Under the pieces are notes generated by a model that saw only the letters and a program-made list of their open reading frames with translations, did no database searches and had not been told where the DNA came from. A stretch of DNA of 59,757 nt, the filler included. It is 5 parts of 5 records of this genome, joined end to end, with 100 filler letters (N's around TTAATTAATTAA, not from the genome) between each part and the next. Parts side by side here need not be neighbours in the genome. Positions count along the whole stretch, not along the records: positions 19,148 to 38,186 come from DRR723986_4221; 4 more parts are not named here. One strand, given 5' to 3'. The position numbers and the translations under genes are program-made. How positions within the stretch are numbered: the stretch's first letter is position 1; the number at the start of each line of letters is the position of its first letter. Of this stretch, positions 22,301-29,850 are shown one piece after another.

Positions 22301-22521
22301 TTGCGCCCCCTGCTGAAAGACTCGATAGCGTTGTTCCCGTAGTAACCAATGACGATCACCCCAAAGACCCACGCCAGCCCTTCCAGCAGAGGGACAGAGG
22401 AGGGGCGCACTGGAGCAAACAATGCCGCAGCCAACGTGAGTAGTAGAGCTCCCATGGCCGTGTAGGCGAGTCGCCGCCTGTGTTTCCAATAGCGCTCTGG
22501 GTCTGGGTGTTGGTCGGTCAT
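22297..22521 (-). CDS. Putative holin (74 aa, 2 TM)
   Basis: Two hydrophobic helices, basic C-terminus, translationally coupled to Rz. Confidence 0.55.
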   Translation of the reverse strand: MTDQHPDPERYWKHRRRLAYTAMGALLLTLAAALFAPVRPSSVPLLEGLAWVFGVIVIGYYGNNAIESFSRGRK

Positions 22522-22787
22522 GCTGCATTCCTCATCTGGTTAAACATCGCCCTGATTTCTTGCTCGTCCTCCTGCTCCGCCAGCCATGCCTCCAACTCGT
22601 CCCTGGTGATTGCCTTGGCTCGATACTCCGTCCACTTGGCCCGGGCTTTCGTTTCTTTCGGTATCGGCCCGAAGCCCTCGAACCTCGCTCCAAACCGATC
22701 CCGGCAGCTGCGCCCGGCTTCTTCGATGCTCTCGCCTGTGAGCATCACCGAGCGCTTACCATCCACTATCGCGGTGAGCTGGATCAC
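22518..22787 (-). CDS. Phage hypothetical protein
   Basis: GTG start overlapping the upstream stop (MIQLTAIVDGKR...); ends in RNAA, as is common for phage genes. Confidence 0.65.
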   Translation of the reverse strand: MIQLTAIVDGKRSVMLTGESIEEAGRSCRDRFGARFEGFGPIPKETKARAKWTEYRAKAITRDELEAWLAEQEDEQEIRAMFNQMRNAA

Positions 22788-23116
22788 GCAGCCCCCTTGA
22801 TCGTGATAACCCCCATACCTAACAACTCCCGCCAGGTGCGCATCTGTGCCCGGCGCAGGTACCAGTCTTTGTGCTCCCGTTCCATGTGTGGCCACTTCAT
22901 CCGGCCATCAATGACCGAGTGACAGGCATCACACGCAAAGCAGGCGCTCAGGTCGTCCGCCTTCCTGGCGATGCCGTGGCTTTCATCCGGAAGGTGAGCC
23001 AGCACGGTTGTCGACCAGTCTCCGTTACACACGCCAACGATCTGCAGGGTGCAGGCTTGCCCCCGAGCAGCGTTTCGAATGTGGTTTGATCGAATAGGTG
23101 TCGGTTTCTTCAGCAT
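22784..23116 (-). CDS. DUF1364/YbcO-like phage nuclease-domain protein
   Basis: AARGQACTLQIVGVCNGDWSTTVLAH...ACFACDACHSVIDGR. Confidence 0.85.
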   Translation of the reverse strand: MLKKPTPIRSNHIRNAARGQACTLQIVGVCNGDWSTTVLAHLPDESHGIARKADDLSACFACDACHSVIDGRMKWPHMEREHKDWYLRRAQMRTWRELLGMGVITIKGAA

Positions 23117-23117
23117 G

Positions 23118-23438
23118 TCAGTCACCGTGGTACCGTGATCCGCCAGCGCCATAACCCCGGCCGCTTTCCCCGCTTCTGAGCTCCGCCAACTGCTTGCGCA
23201 GGGATCTGAGCTGCTGGCTTCGATCGTTAAGACGGATCCGCAGCTGAATCACCAGATCATCAATTGCCAGGCTTTCACCGGTCTCTTTGCACACAACGCC
23301 GGACGCCTCGCAGTTGTCGCATCGCAGCTGGTAGAACATCGATTGAACGAATCCCGCTCCATGACAATGAGGGCAGGGCTTAAGCGGTCGTTTCTCCTGA
23401 TTGAAGGCTGGGCCGGCCTTTTTCGTTACTTCCTTCAA
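23118..23438 (-). CDS. Zinc-finger phage protein (DnaJ-like CxxCxGxG)
   Basis: CPHCHGAG...CDNCEASG followed by a coiled coil. Confidence 0.7.
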   Translation of the reverse strand: MKEVTKKAGPAFNQEKRPLKPCPHCHGAGFVQSMFYQLRCDNCEASGVVCKETGESLAIDDLVIQLRIRLNDRSQQLRSLRKQLAELRSGESGRGYGAGGSRYHGD

Positions 23439-24109
23439 TGCAGGCCTCCGAGTTTCTTAACTCCGCTGTCGATGGCGCTTTCCAGGTACTCCTGGGTACC
23501 TCGCTGGTGGATATGAGTGATGCCGAGGTCGCCGCCGCCCTGGTACACCAGCCGGGCTTTTTCCGCATTGCCAATCATTACCGGTTCATCTTGTGCACGC
23601 CCGCGCCTGAATCCGCTGTGCTGGCTGTTCTCGTGCTCACATGTACCGACCAGCTTTCGAGGGAACGACTCCGGCGGTTGTACCGTGAAGCCCTGGTAGA
23701 GCTTCTGGAAGTTGTTCCGGAGGAACGGGTATTCCTTGTCGTCAGTCATGCTGACCTTCAGCCAGCCGCCCAGGCGTTCGATGGCCGCGTGAATCTTGGG
23801 ATCGTCAAAAACGACTGACCGGTAATTGCCCACGCAGCGGATCGCGTGATCGACCTTGGCCCATGCCTCACCGCTGGCGGATTGGCTGCTGCCCTGGAGC
23901 AGTCGAACGATATCCGCTGGCTTTGGCGGGAACTGGCCAGTGTCCGGGTTGGTAATGTGTCGGGACAGGGCGCGCTCAATGTCCGCCAGCGAGAAAGCGA
24001 TCAGGGATTGGAACACCATGTAAACCACTCTCGGCTCCGGGCTCTTACCGTAGATCTCATGAGCCTGAGCCCACATATCGCCAAAGGCTTCCAGATCGTT
24101 AGTGTTCAT
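23435..24109 (-). CDS. Replication-module protein (DUF6475-like)
   Basis: GQFPPKPADI, AWAKV..AI..VG.Y.SVVFDDP.IH..I..LGGW; follows the initiator gene. Confidence 0.75.
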   Translation of the reverse strand: MNTNDLEAFGDMWAQAHEIYGKSPEPRVVYMVFQSLIAFSLADIERALSRHITNPDTGQFPPKPADIVRLLQGSSQSASGEAWAKVDHAIRCVGNYRSVVFDDPKIHAAIERLGGWLKVSMTDDKEYPFLRNNFQKLYQGFTVQPPESFPRKLVGTCEHENSQHSGFRRGRAQDEPVMIGNAEKARLVYQGGGDLGITHIHQRGTQEYLESAIDSGVKKLGGLH

Positions 24110-25376
24110 AGATCGCCCCCTGTTGGTTGCCAGTGCGCTGTTCGTGGATCCGGCGAAGCTCTGCGGCTCGATCGAGCCCTGCCTGCTCAGGAGATTTCCG
24201 ACGCTCGGATTTCCGTTGCATGGCTAGCTGAGACCACTTCTCGCGGAGTTTGTCCGGGCTTTGGATGTTCGCGGCCCAGAAGCTGTGTTGGCGGCACCAA
24301 CGCCAAAGGGCACGGATGTGCTGAATCTGACGACCCTCCCGCTCACGCATCAGGCGCACGGTGTTGGCCCAACGAGCGAAACTCGGCTGGCGGGGCTTGT
24401 CCTCGCCCATCTGGGCTTCCAGCTCGTCCCACATCGCCACAGCGGCGTTGAGATCTTCACGGGTACCCCAGTGCTTGCCATTCTCGATGGCGGCTTCGGG
24501 ACGGGAAGGCTCCGGGCTGGCTTCTGAGTCGCTTTCGTTCGAATGGGGCGAAGGGATGTCCGGCCGATCAGGCTCGGACGATCTCTCTGCCGTAGTCTCT
24601 GCTGTAGTCTCTGAAGTAATCTCTGTAATAGATTGCTCGCTCAAAGCAGACTTGCCTGCCTTGCCTAGACACTCTTGTTTGTCTTGGGTAGACAAACTGG
24701 TTTGCATTTGGGTAGACGGACTTAGTTTGTCTTGTGTAGACAGACTGGATTGGGAAACGCCACCTTTACGGCTATTGCAGGCGACGTGGGCGGGCTGAAG
24801 GTTTGCCTCGGTATGTTCGCCACCCTCGGCCAGAGGTTTCTTGTGATCGAAGCAGAGCGCTTTTCCATGCTGGCCGGGACCGTAGACGATTGGCTTTTGG
24901 CAACACCCGCAGACCATCCCATCGCGCTTTAGGACGGCACTGTAATCAACGTATTCAGTCTTGGCGCCCAGTTTCTTTGCGCGCATCATCCCGGTCTTTG
25001 AGAGGCCGTTCAGGGTGGACTTGTAGGTTTCCAGAGCGTCTTCGAGATCCAGTGCCTGGGGTGAGCCAAGCAGCGCTTTCTCCAGTGCATCCTCATTGAC
25101 GCGAAAGTACATCCTTGCAGGAACGCCTCGCCGCTTCTCCTCGAGGACGCCAATGGACTTGAGCGCCTTGCGGGCCCGCTCCTGTTCCCGGCGGTTCATT
25201 CCTGTCTCTTCTTCCCAGTCCTGCTGAGATTTGTAGAACCAGCCTTCTTCGTCGGTAACGCGCTTGGTCCAATAGATGCACTGAGACAGCATTAGGGCAC
25301 CCGCAATCCCGACACCGAGATCCACGAACGCGCGCTGAAAGGCGATCGGCCTGGCCATCAATTCAATCATGCTCAT
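24099..25376 (-). CDS. Phage replication initiator (O-like) with internal HNH domain
   Basis: N-terminal RPIAF..GALMLSQ..YW..GWFYKS...EETG wHTH; internal RDGMVCGCC..DH..P...GG.H...NLQPAHVACNSRKG; C-terminal FWAANIQSPDKLREKWSQL. Confidence 0.85.
   Translation of the reverse strand: MSMIELMARPIAFQRAFVDLGVGIAGALMLSQCIYWTKRVTDEEGWFYKSQQDWEEETGMNRREQERARKALKSIGVLEEKRRGVPARMYFRVNEDALEKALLGSPQALDLEDALETYKSTLNGLSKTGMMRAKKLGAKTEYVDYSAVLKRDGMVCGCCQKPIVYGPGQHGKALCFDHKKPLAEGGEHTEANLQPAHVACNSRKGGVSQSSLSTQDKLSPSTQMQTSLSTQDKQECLGKAGKSALSEQSITEITSETTAETTAERSSEPDRPDIPSPHSNESDSEASPEPSRPEAAIENGKHWGTREDLNAAVAMWDELEAQMGEDKPRQPSFARWANTVRLMREREGRQIQHIRALWRWCRQHSFWAANIQSPDKLREKWSQLAMQRKSERRKSPEQAGLDRAAELRRIHEQRTGNQQGAIYEH
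24677..24746. repeat. Three iteron-like repeats (putative phage origin) inside the initiator gene
   Basis: GTTTGTCTTGGGTAGACAAACT, GTTTGCATTTGGGTAGACGGACT, GTTTGTCTTGTGTAGACAGACT. Confidence 0.75.
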
Positions 25377-26113
25377 GCGGCCTTATCCTCGGTATCAAAA
25401 AGCATGTGTGTGTATTTGCCATCCCAGTCCTTACGCATTTCGAGCTGGCCCTGTTCGTACTGGGAATAGAGCCACTTGGCGCCCTTCTGGGTGAGGATTA
25501 CCTTCTCGCAGGGCCGATCCTCTTTGTTGAGGTAGCGGCGCTCGGTGAACAGCTTGTCCCGGTACGCAGCGGCGCTCCGGTAACCGTGCCGGGTCTTCAG
25601 GAGCCGCTTTCGCTCAACCAGGAGGGGCTGGACCCGGTTCAGGTTGACGCCGTTGAGCATCCGACAGAACTCAACCGGTGTGAGCCCGGCCTTCAGGTTG
25701 GCGGCCAGATCGTTGCACACTGCGTTCAGGCGATGGGTTTCGTCTTTGAAGTGCTCCAGCTGGCTGCTGAGATCTTCGAGGGCGATCCGGGCGGCTTGGC
25801 TAAGGTTTTGAGCCCAGGAGGGTAGGGCGGCTTTCGCTTCCAGCTCCTGCCAACGATCCACAAGCCGTGCGGTGAACTCCGGCGATAGCTGGGCAACGAT
25901 CACATAGCTGTCGCGTTTGCTGACGTGGTAGACCACCCCGGGGCGGCCTGTTTCGGACTTTTCCCCCACTGGGGTAAAACTCACAAGGCCGCGCTGGGAC
26001 AGCCTTTCAATCGATTGCTTCACTTTGTCGTGCCGGGACTCCACTACCTGGGCGATTTCCCGGCTGCTCATGGTGAGCGGCTGACCGTTGATTGTCGGTG
26101 TAAGTTGCTGCAT
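25373..26113 (-). CDS. Rha-family phage regulator / antirepressor-like protein
   Basis: TMSSREIA..VESRHDKVKQSIERL, RDSYVIVAQLSPEFTARLVDRWQELE; C-terminal LTQKGAKWL. Confidence 0.85.
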   Translation of the reverse strand: MQQLTPTINGQPLTMSSREIAQVVESRHDKVKQSIERLSQRGLVSFTPVGEKSETGRPGVVYHVSKRDSYVIVAQLSPEFTARLVDRWQELEAKAALPSWAQNLSQAARIALEDLSSQLEHFKDETHRLNAVCNDLAANLKAGLTPVEFCRMLNGVNLNRVQPLLVERKRLLKTRHGYRSAAAYRDKLFTERRYLNKEDRPCEKVILTQKGAKWLYSQYEQGQLEMRKDWDGKYTHMLFDTEDKAA

Positions 26114-26181
26114 ACTTTCTCCTATCTCGTCCACAGAACCCCGGTAGGCCTGCCAGCCCATGACCCGGGGTTTTGTCTTTT

Positions 26182-26592
26182 CTAGGCCTCTGGCCCTTTC
26201 CCCGTAATCACCACCCGCACTTCACCCAACGGCTTCACGATCTCGTCGCGCTTCAGGAATGGGTGTGTCCGAAAGTGGCAATCGTCGATTCCCAGAGCAT
26301 CCGCCAGCCCATCACGACCGGACTTGAACGCGGCAACCACGTTGTCGTCATCGCGTTGCCGGCGATTAGGTGGGCAGAAGTCCAGGAACACATGAATTTC
26401 ACCGCCAGCGGCTACCAGATCCCGAAGGGGTTGCAGATCCCACTTGCCCTGATTGATGGCATTCCGCGCTTCGATCTTGCAGGTGTAGCGGTACACCTCT
26501 GCCGCTCGGGCCTTCTTTGACCAGTGGCCCCGGCTATTCGGGCTAAGCGCCTTTGGTGGCCAGGGCAGGGTGATCTGCAGTTTCTCCGGCAT
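26182..26592 (-). CDS. rusA: RusA-like Holliday junction resolvase
   Basis: LPWPP...SPN, PPNRRQRDDDN...K...D.LADALGIDD. Confidence 0.85.
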   Translation of the reverse strand: MPEKLQITLPWPPKALSPNSRGHWSKKARAAEVYRYTCKIEARNAINQGKWDLQPLRDLVAAGGEIHVFLDFCPPNRRQRDDDNVVAAFKSGRDGLADALGIDDCHFRTHPFLKRDEIVKPLGEVRVVITGKGPEA

Positions 26593-26599
26593 GACTACT

Positions 26600-27113
26600 C
26601 CGCTGTCCGGTTTTATTTTTCGTGACGTGTCACGCTGATATGGCTGGCGGGTTATCCGGTATCACCGCCGTATACCCTTTGATGGGAGGTTGCCCAGACC
26701 CCCTACCGGTGGGAGCCACATGCAGCTTGTCATCGCTGTTTGATGCGGCGGCCGGGACACTCCCAACCCCTTACGCATCCGTGGAGGGCTCTACCTGACG
26801 CAGCAGACTGGGGACCTGCCAGGTCATCCTTGGTTGTGGGAGTAGAGCCCTCCCGGATACGGCCCGTCTTTCCGGGCTGTCAACGTGGTCACCTGGGGCG
26901 GAGGTCGTGACGGTCCTTTGGCCCACGCTGCTGGCGTTCTATCGGTGGTCCCTATCTCCACCTGCAATGTCGGCACCTCGGCTTACGCCTGGCCAGCTTT
27001 ACCGGCTGCTTCTGATAGCGCTGCAGCTCGCGCCTGCTGTGTCAAAGAATGGGGCTCTCGCTTCTGCTAAGCTGTTTCGCGCTACACAATCCAACTTTGA
27101 AAAGGAGAGCCCC
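26600..27113 (-). ncRNA. Candidate structured RNA / leader in the rightward early transcript
   Basis: No convincing ORF; series of stems including 26777-26858, 26861-26878 (GAAA loop), 26881-26930 and 27049-27115. Confidence 0.45.
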
Positions 27114-27293
27114 ATGGCTAACGAAACTGATTCAATTGAACGTATTGCCGCCGATATCCTCATCGCCACGATCCAGGCAGCGCACAATCAAACTGCTCAC
27201 GACCTTCTGAAGAAGCCCGAGGATATCGCCGAGCAGTTCAAGACCGTTCATGCTGCAGTTAAGACAGCGTTTGAGGATCGTCAGAAGTTTTAA
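27114..27293 (+). CDS. Small phage protein (59 aa), antisense to the PR operon
   Basis: AAGGAG RBS, extended -10-like TGCTAAGCT at 27065; MANETDSIERIAADILIATIQAA... Confidence 0.65.
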   Translation: MANETDSIERIAADILIATIQAAHNQTAHDLLKKPEDIAEQFKTVHAAVKTAFEDRQKF

Positions 27294-27468
27294 CCTCTGG
27301 CCCTTCGCCCTGGCGCAGTATTGCCAGGGCTTTGTTTACCGCCTTGGCGGCCTGATCCAAGGTCGCCCCGTTCGAAGCCGAATACTTCAATGCACATTCG
27401 AGGCGCCACTCAACTTCGGATCGAGTGAGCTCTCGCTTCGGCGACTCGCTTCCTGTTACTTCCGTCAT
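27259..27468 (-). CDS. Small phage protein downstream of cro (cII position)
   Basis: GAGGA RBS; 69 aa; no recognised family. Confidence 0.55.
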   Translation of the reverse strand: MTEVTGSESPKRELTRSEVEWRLECALKYSASNGATLDQAAKAVNKALAILRQGEGPEVKTSDDPQTLS

Positions 27469-27553
27469 TTCGCGATCCTCAATTCACTGTACAAATAACC
27501 ACCCATAGTCAGGCGGGTATTCCGCCAGCTCGTGAGTGGTTTAATGGAAACCA

Positions 27554-27802
27554 TCAGGCGGCCTCTCCGGTGCGCTTATCTGCCGGGAGTCCGTCAGTAG
27601 GGTTCGGGTAGATGTCCGGGCGGAGTTCGTGAGGAGTCACTTTCCAGTCCGAACCCTCGCAAATGGATAGGGCCCGCCTTGGCGAAATCGGGCGGATGCC
27701 GTTAACCATTTGATACAGATATGCCGGGGCTATACCGATCTGCTTTGCGAAATCGGTTCGGCCGCCTGGAGGCAATTGATTCAGAAAAGTTGAGAGTTTC
27801 AT
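27554..27802 (-). CDS. cro: Cro-like repressor (YdaS family)
   Basis: FAKQIGIAPAYLYQMVNGIRPISP HTH and VTPHELRPDIY motif; divergent from cI. Confidence 0.9.
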   Translation of the reverse strand: MKLSTFLNQLPPGGRTDFAKQIGIAPAYLYQMVNGIRPISPRRALSICEGSDWKVTPHELRPDIYPNPTDGLPADKRTGEAA

Positions 27803-27809
27803 GGTCAGA

Positions 27810-27869
27810 AATGTAGCTTTTGCTATATCTAACGTCAATAGCCAATGCGATATTAGCGGGCGCTATACT
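27810..27869. promoter_or_regulatory. OR region: three TAGC-N4-GC(T/G)A operators with PR and PRM
   Basis: Operators at 27814-27825, 27839-27850 and 27854-27865; PR TTGACG-N17-TACATT on minus strand; TATACT at 27864 before cI. Confidence 0.8.
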
Positions 27870-27875
27870 CGGGGA

Positions 27876-28676
27876 ATGAGCAGACGAGATGCGCTGAAGC
27901 GCTTAATTGATGAGAGATATGGCGGCAAGCAGGCCGACCTTGCGAGAGCGATCAACAGGTCGCCCTCCTTGGTATGGCAGTGCCTGAACGGCCATCGGAA
28001 CATTGGCGAAAAGCTCGCGAGGGAAATTGAGAGCAAGCTACGCCTCAAAAAGGGGTGGCTTGACGACATGGTGGTTGTTGACGAAGTCCACAAGGCCGAC
28101 GAATCAGCAGCCGATCTCTCGCGCCAAAATGATGGGGCTCTCGAAAACGGTCCGGTCATTGCTTTTACAGCTACACCGAAGAAAGCCAAGGCCGATGAAC
28201 TAGAGTTCTTCGGGCACATGGATGCCTGGGACAGCAACACGCCATTGAATGAGGATGAAGTAGAGTTGCCTCTGTTCAGGGAAGTCGAGCTGGCGGCCGG
28301 ATCCGGCGCCACTCAGGTGATAGAGAACCAGGGTGCCAAATTACGTTTCGCAAAGTCCACATTGAGCCGGGCCGGTGTTCCAGCTGAAGCCGCCGCCTGC
28401 GCCTTTGTTCGTGGTAACTCCATGGAACCGGTCATGCCGGATGGTACTTGTGTTGGCGTGAACACTGCCGATAAGACCATCAAGGATGGCGAGATTTATG
28501 CGATCGACCACGGCGGCATGCTTCGGGTGAAGTATCTGCACCGCCGACCAGGTGGTGGCATCAAGATCGTGAGCCAGAATGCGAGTGAGCATCCAGTTGA
28601 AGAAGTGACTGCTGAAGAAATGGCGGCCAATGTGCGCGTGATCGGCCGTGTGTTCTGGTGGTCTGTGCTACGCTAG
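27876..28676 (+). CDS. cI: CI repressor (HTH + S24 LexA-like peptidase)
   Basis: N-terminal HTH, AAG cleavage-site region, VRGNSMEP catalytic Ser, RVKYL catalytic Lys. Confidence 0.93.
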   Translation: MSRRDALKRLIDERYGGKQADLARAINRSPSLVWQCLNGHRNIGEKLAREIESKLRLKKGWLDDMVVVDEVHKADESAADLSRQNDGALENGPVIAFTATPKKAKADELEFFGHMDAWDSNTPLNEDEVELPLFREVELAAGSGATQVIENQGAKLRFAKSTLSRAGVPAEAAACAFVRGNSMEPVMPDGTCVGVNTADKTIKDGEIYAIDHGGMLRVKYLHRRPGGGIKIVSQNASEHPVEEVTAEEMAANVRVIGRVFWWSVLR

Positions 28677-28966
28677 TGAAAGTATGAAAAGGAGTTCACA
28701 TAAAGCCCCTGCAACTCGTTGCTCAAGCTACTCCTGTTAGCGAAAGCTCAGTGGCTGGAGCTCCAATCTATATGGTCTTGAGGCTGCACTACGCCCTCCC
28801 CGGGAGCGCTGTAAATGGTGGCGGTCTTTTGGGCGAGTCATTTTTATGAAGCCCCGAAGTGGTGTCCGACTATTGTCGGGGTAGTGATTAACCACCTGCC
28901 AGTAAAAGAAAATAACGAAAGTTAACACCGAAATAGTGAAATTTAATACTGGAAAGGTAGAAAAAA

Positions 28967-28986
28967 TTAACCTACAAGTTAATAAT
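28967..28986 (+). promoter_or_regulatory. HigA-type operator TTAAC-N6-GTTAA overlapping the -10 of the TA operon
   Basis: TTAACCTACAAGTTAA at 28967-28982, overlapping TAATAAT, 15 nt before the toxin ATG. Confidence 0.7.
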
Positions 28987-28997
28987 GGGCGCCCGAA

Positions 28998-29426
28998 ATG
29001 GACGTAGTCAGGCTTACGGAAGGAAAGTTTTCCGTAACAGCACAAGCTGAAAAAAGGAATGAGGACTGGGATATTCCCCTGGTCAATTTCCTTGACGAGC
29101 TGGAAGACAAGCAGTACGGCGGCATGGTGGATGGCTTGTATGCTCTGTTCGACCATTTTTCAGAGGAAGGGACGAACATCAGCAAAGATCTTTGCCACGA
29201 GGTCGATAAAGAGGAGGGAATCTATGAGTTTATCAAAGGTGATCTCAGGGCTCTTTGGTTTTACGCAAAGGGTCACAGAGGGATAGTTATTTGCTCGCAT
29301 GCTTTCGTGAAAAAAGGCCAAAAAACCCCAAATAAAGAAAAGAGAAGAGCTATTCGCCTCAAACGACAGTATGAGGAAGGTGGACGCTCGCTAAACATTA
29401 TCGAAGATCAGGATCTGGGGGAGTGA
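28998..29426 (+). CDS. higB: HigB/RelE-family (Gp49-like) mRNase toxin
   Basis: GIYEFIKGDLRALWF...SHAFVKKGQKTP..E...A signature; toxin gene precedes antitoxin. Confidence 0.85.
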   Translation: MDVVRLTEGKFSVTAQAEKRNEDWDIPLVNFLDELEDKQYGGMVDGLYALFDHFSEEGTNISKDLCHEVDKEEGIYEFIKGDLRALWFYAKGHRGIVICSHAFVKKGQKTPNKEKRRAIRLKRQYEEGGRSLNIIEDQDLGE

Positions 29427-29427
29427 T

Positions 29428-29850
29428 ATGTCACTGACTAAACTGCGCAATCTTAAATCAAGGGTCAGATCTCGGGATGGATATTGGGTGGAGAAGCTAA
29501 AGCTTGAATTCACCAAAGCACTATCCGATCAAATGAAAAGGCACAACCTCAAGAAAGGCGAGATCGCGAAAAAACTCGATCTTTCCGCTCCATACATGAC
29601 AAAGGTAATGCGTGGCGATGAGAACTTTACTATTGAAACAATGGTGAAGTTAGCAAGGGCGGCTGGCGGCCAGCTGCACCTCCATATCTCCGACAAAGGT
29701 AGCGACGTTAGCTGGATTGAATGCAACGGAGGTAACTCATACCGAGAGTTCATATCAAATCTTACTGAAGATCGGTATGACTTTGATGGTGATAATTTCT
29801 CCATTCTACGGGCTGGGGGAAAGAGGGAGTGCGGTGATGTGGCAGCTTGA
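29428..29850 (+). CDS. higA: HigA-like XRE antitoxin with C-terminal ChAD-like extension
   Basis: HTH IAKKLDLSAPYMTKVMRGDENFTIETMVKLA followed by an aromatic/acidic ~45-aa tail. Confidence 0.85.
   Translation: MSLTKLRNLKSRVRSRDGYWVEKLKLEFTKALSDQMKRHNLKKGEIAKKLDLSAPYMTKVMRGDENFTIETMVKLARAAGGQLHLHISDKGSDVSWIECNGGNSYREFISNLTEDRYDFDGDNFSILRAGGKRECGDVAA

Noticed and set aside
23118-23438. Q antiterminator call
   Set aside because: Only a generic CxxCxGxG zinc finger; no Q-like C-terminal HTH and no downstream promoter-terminator gap.
24677-24746. Possible mini-CRISPR or DGR repeats
   Set aside because: Abutting repeats without spacers inside an initiator gene fit iterons; no reverse transcriptase or cas gene in the window.
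24760-24985. Intein or intron explanation for the HNH insert
   Set aside because: No Cys/Ser...His-Asn splice junctions or HINT blocks seen, and the ORF is continuous.
28737-29156. 139-aa minus-strand ORF across the higB promoter
   Set aside because: Overlaps higB antisense, has no RBS or motif; likely spurious.
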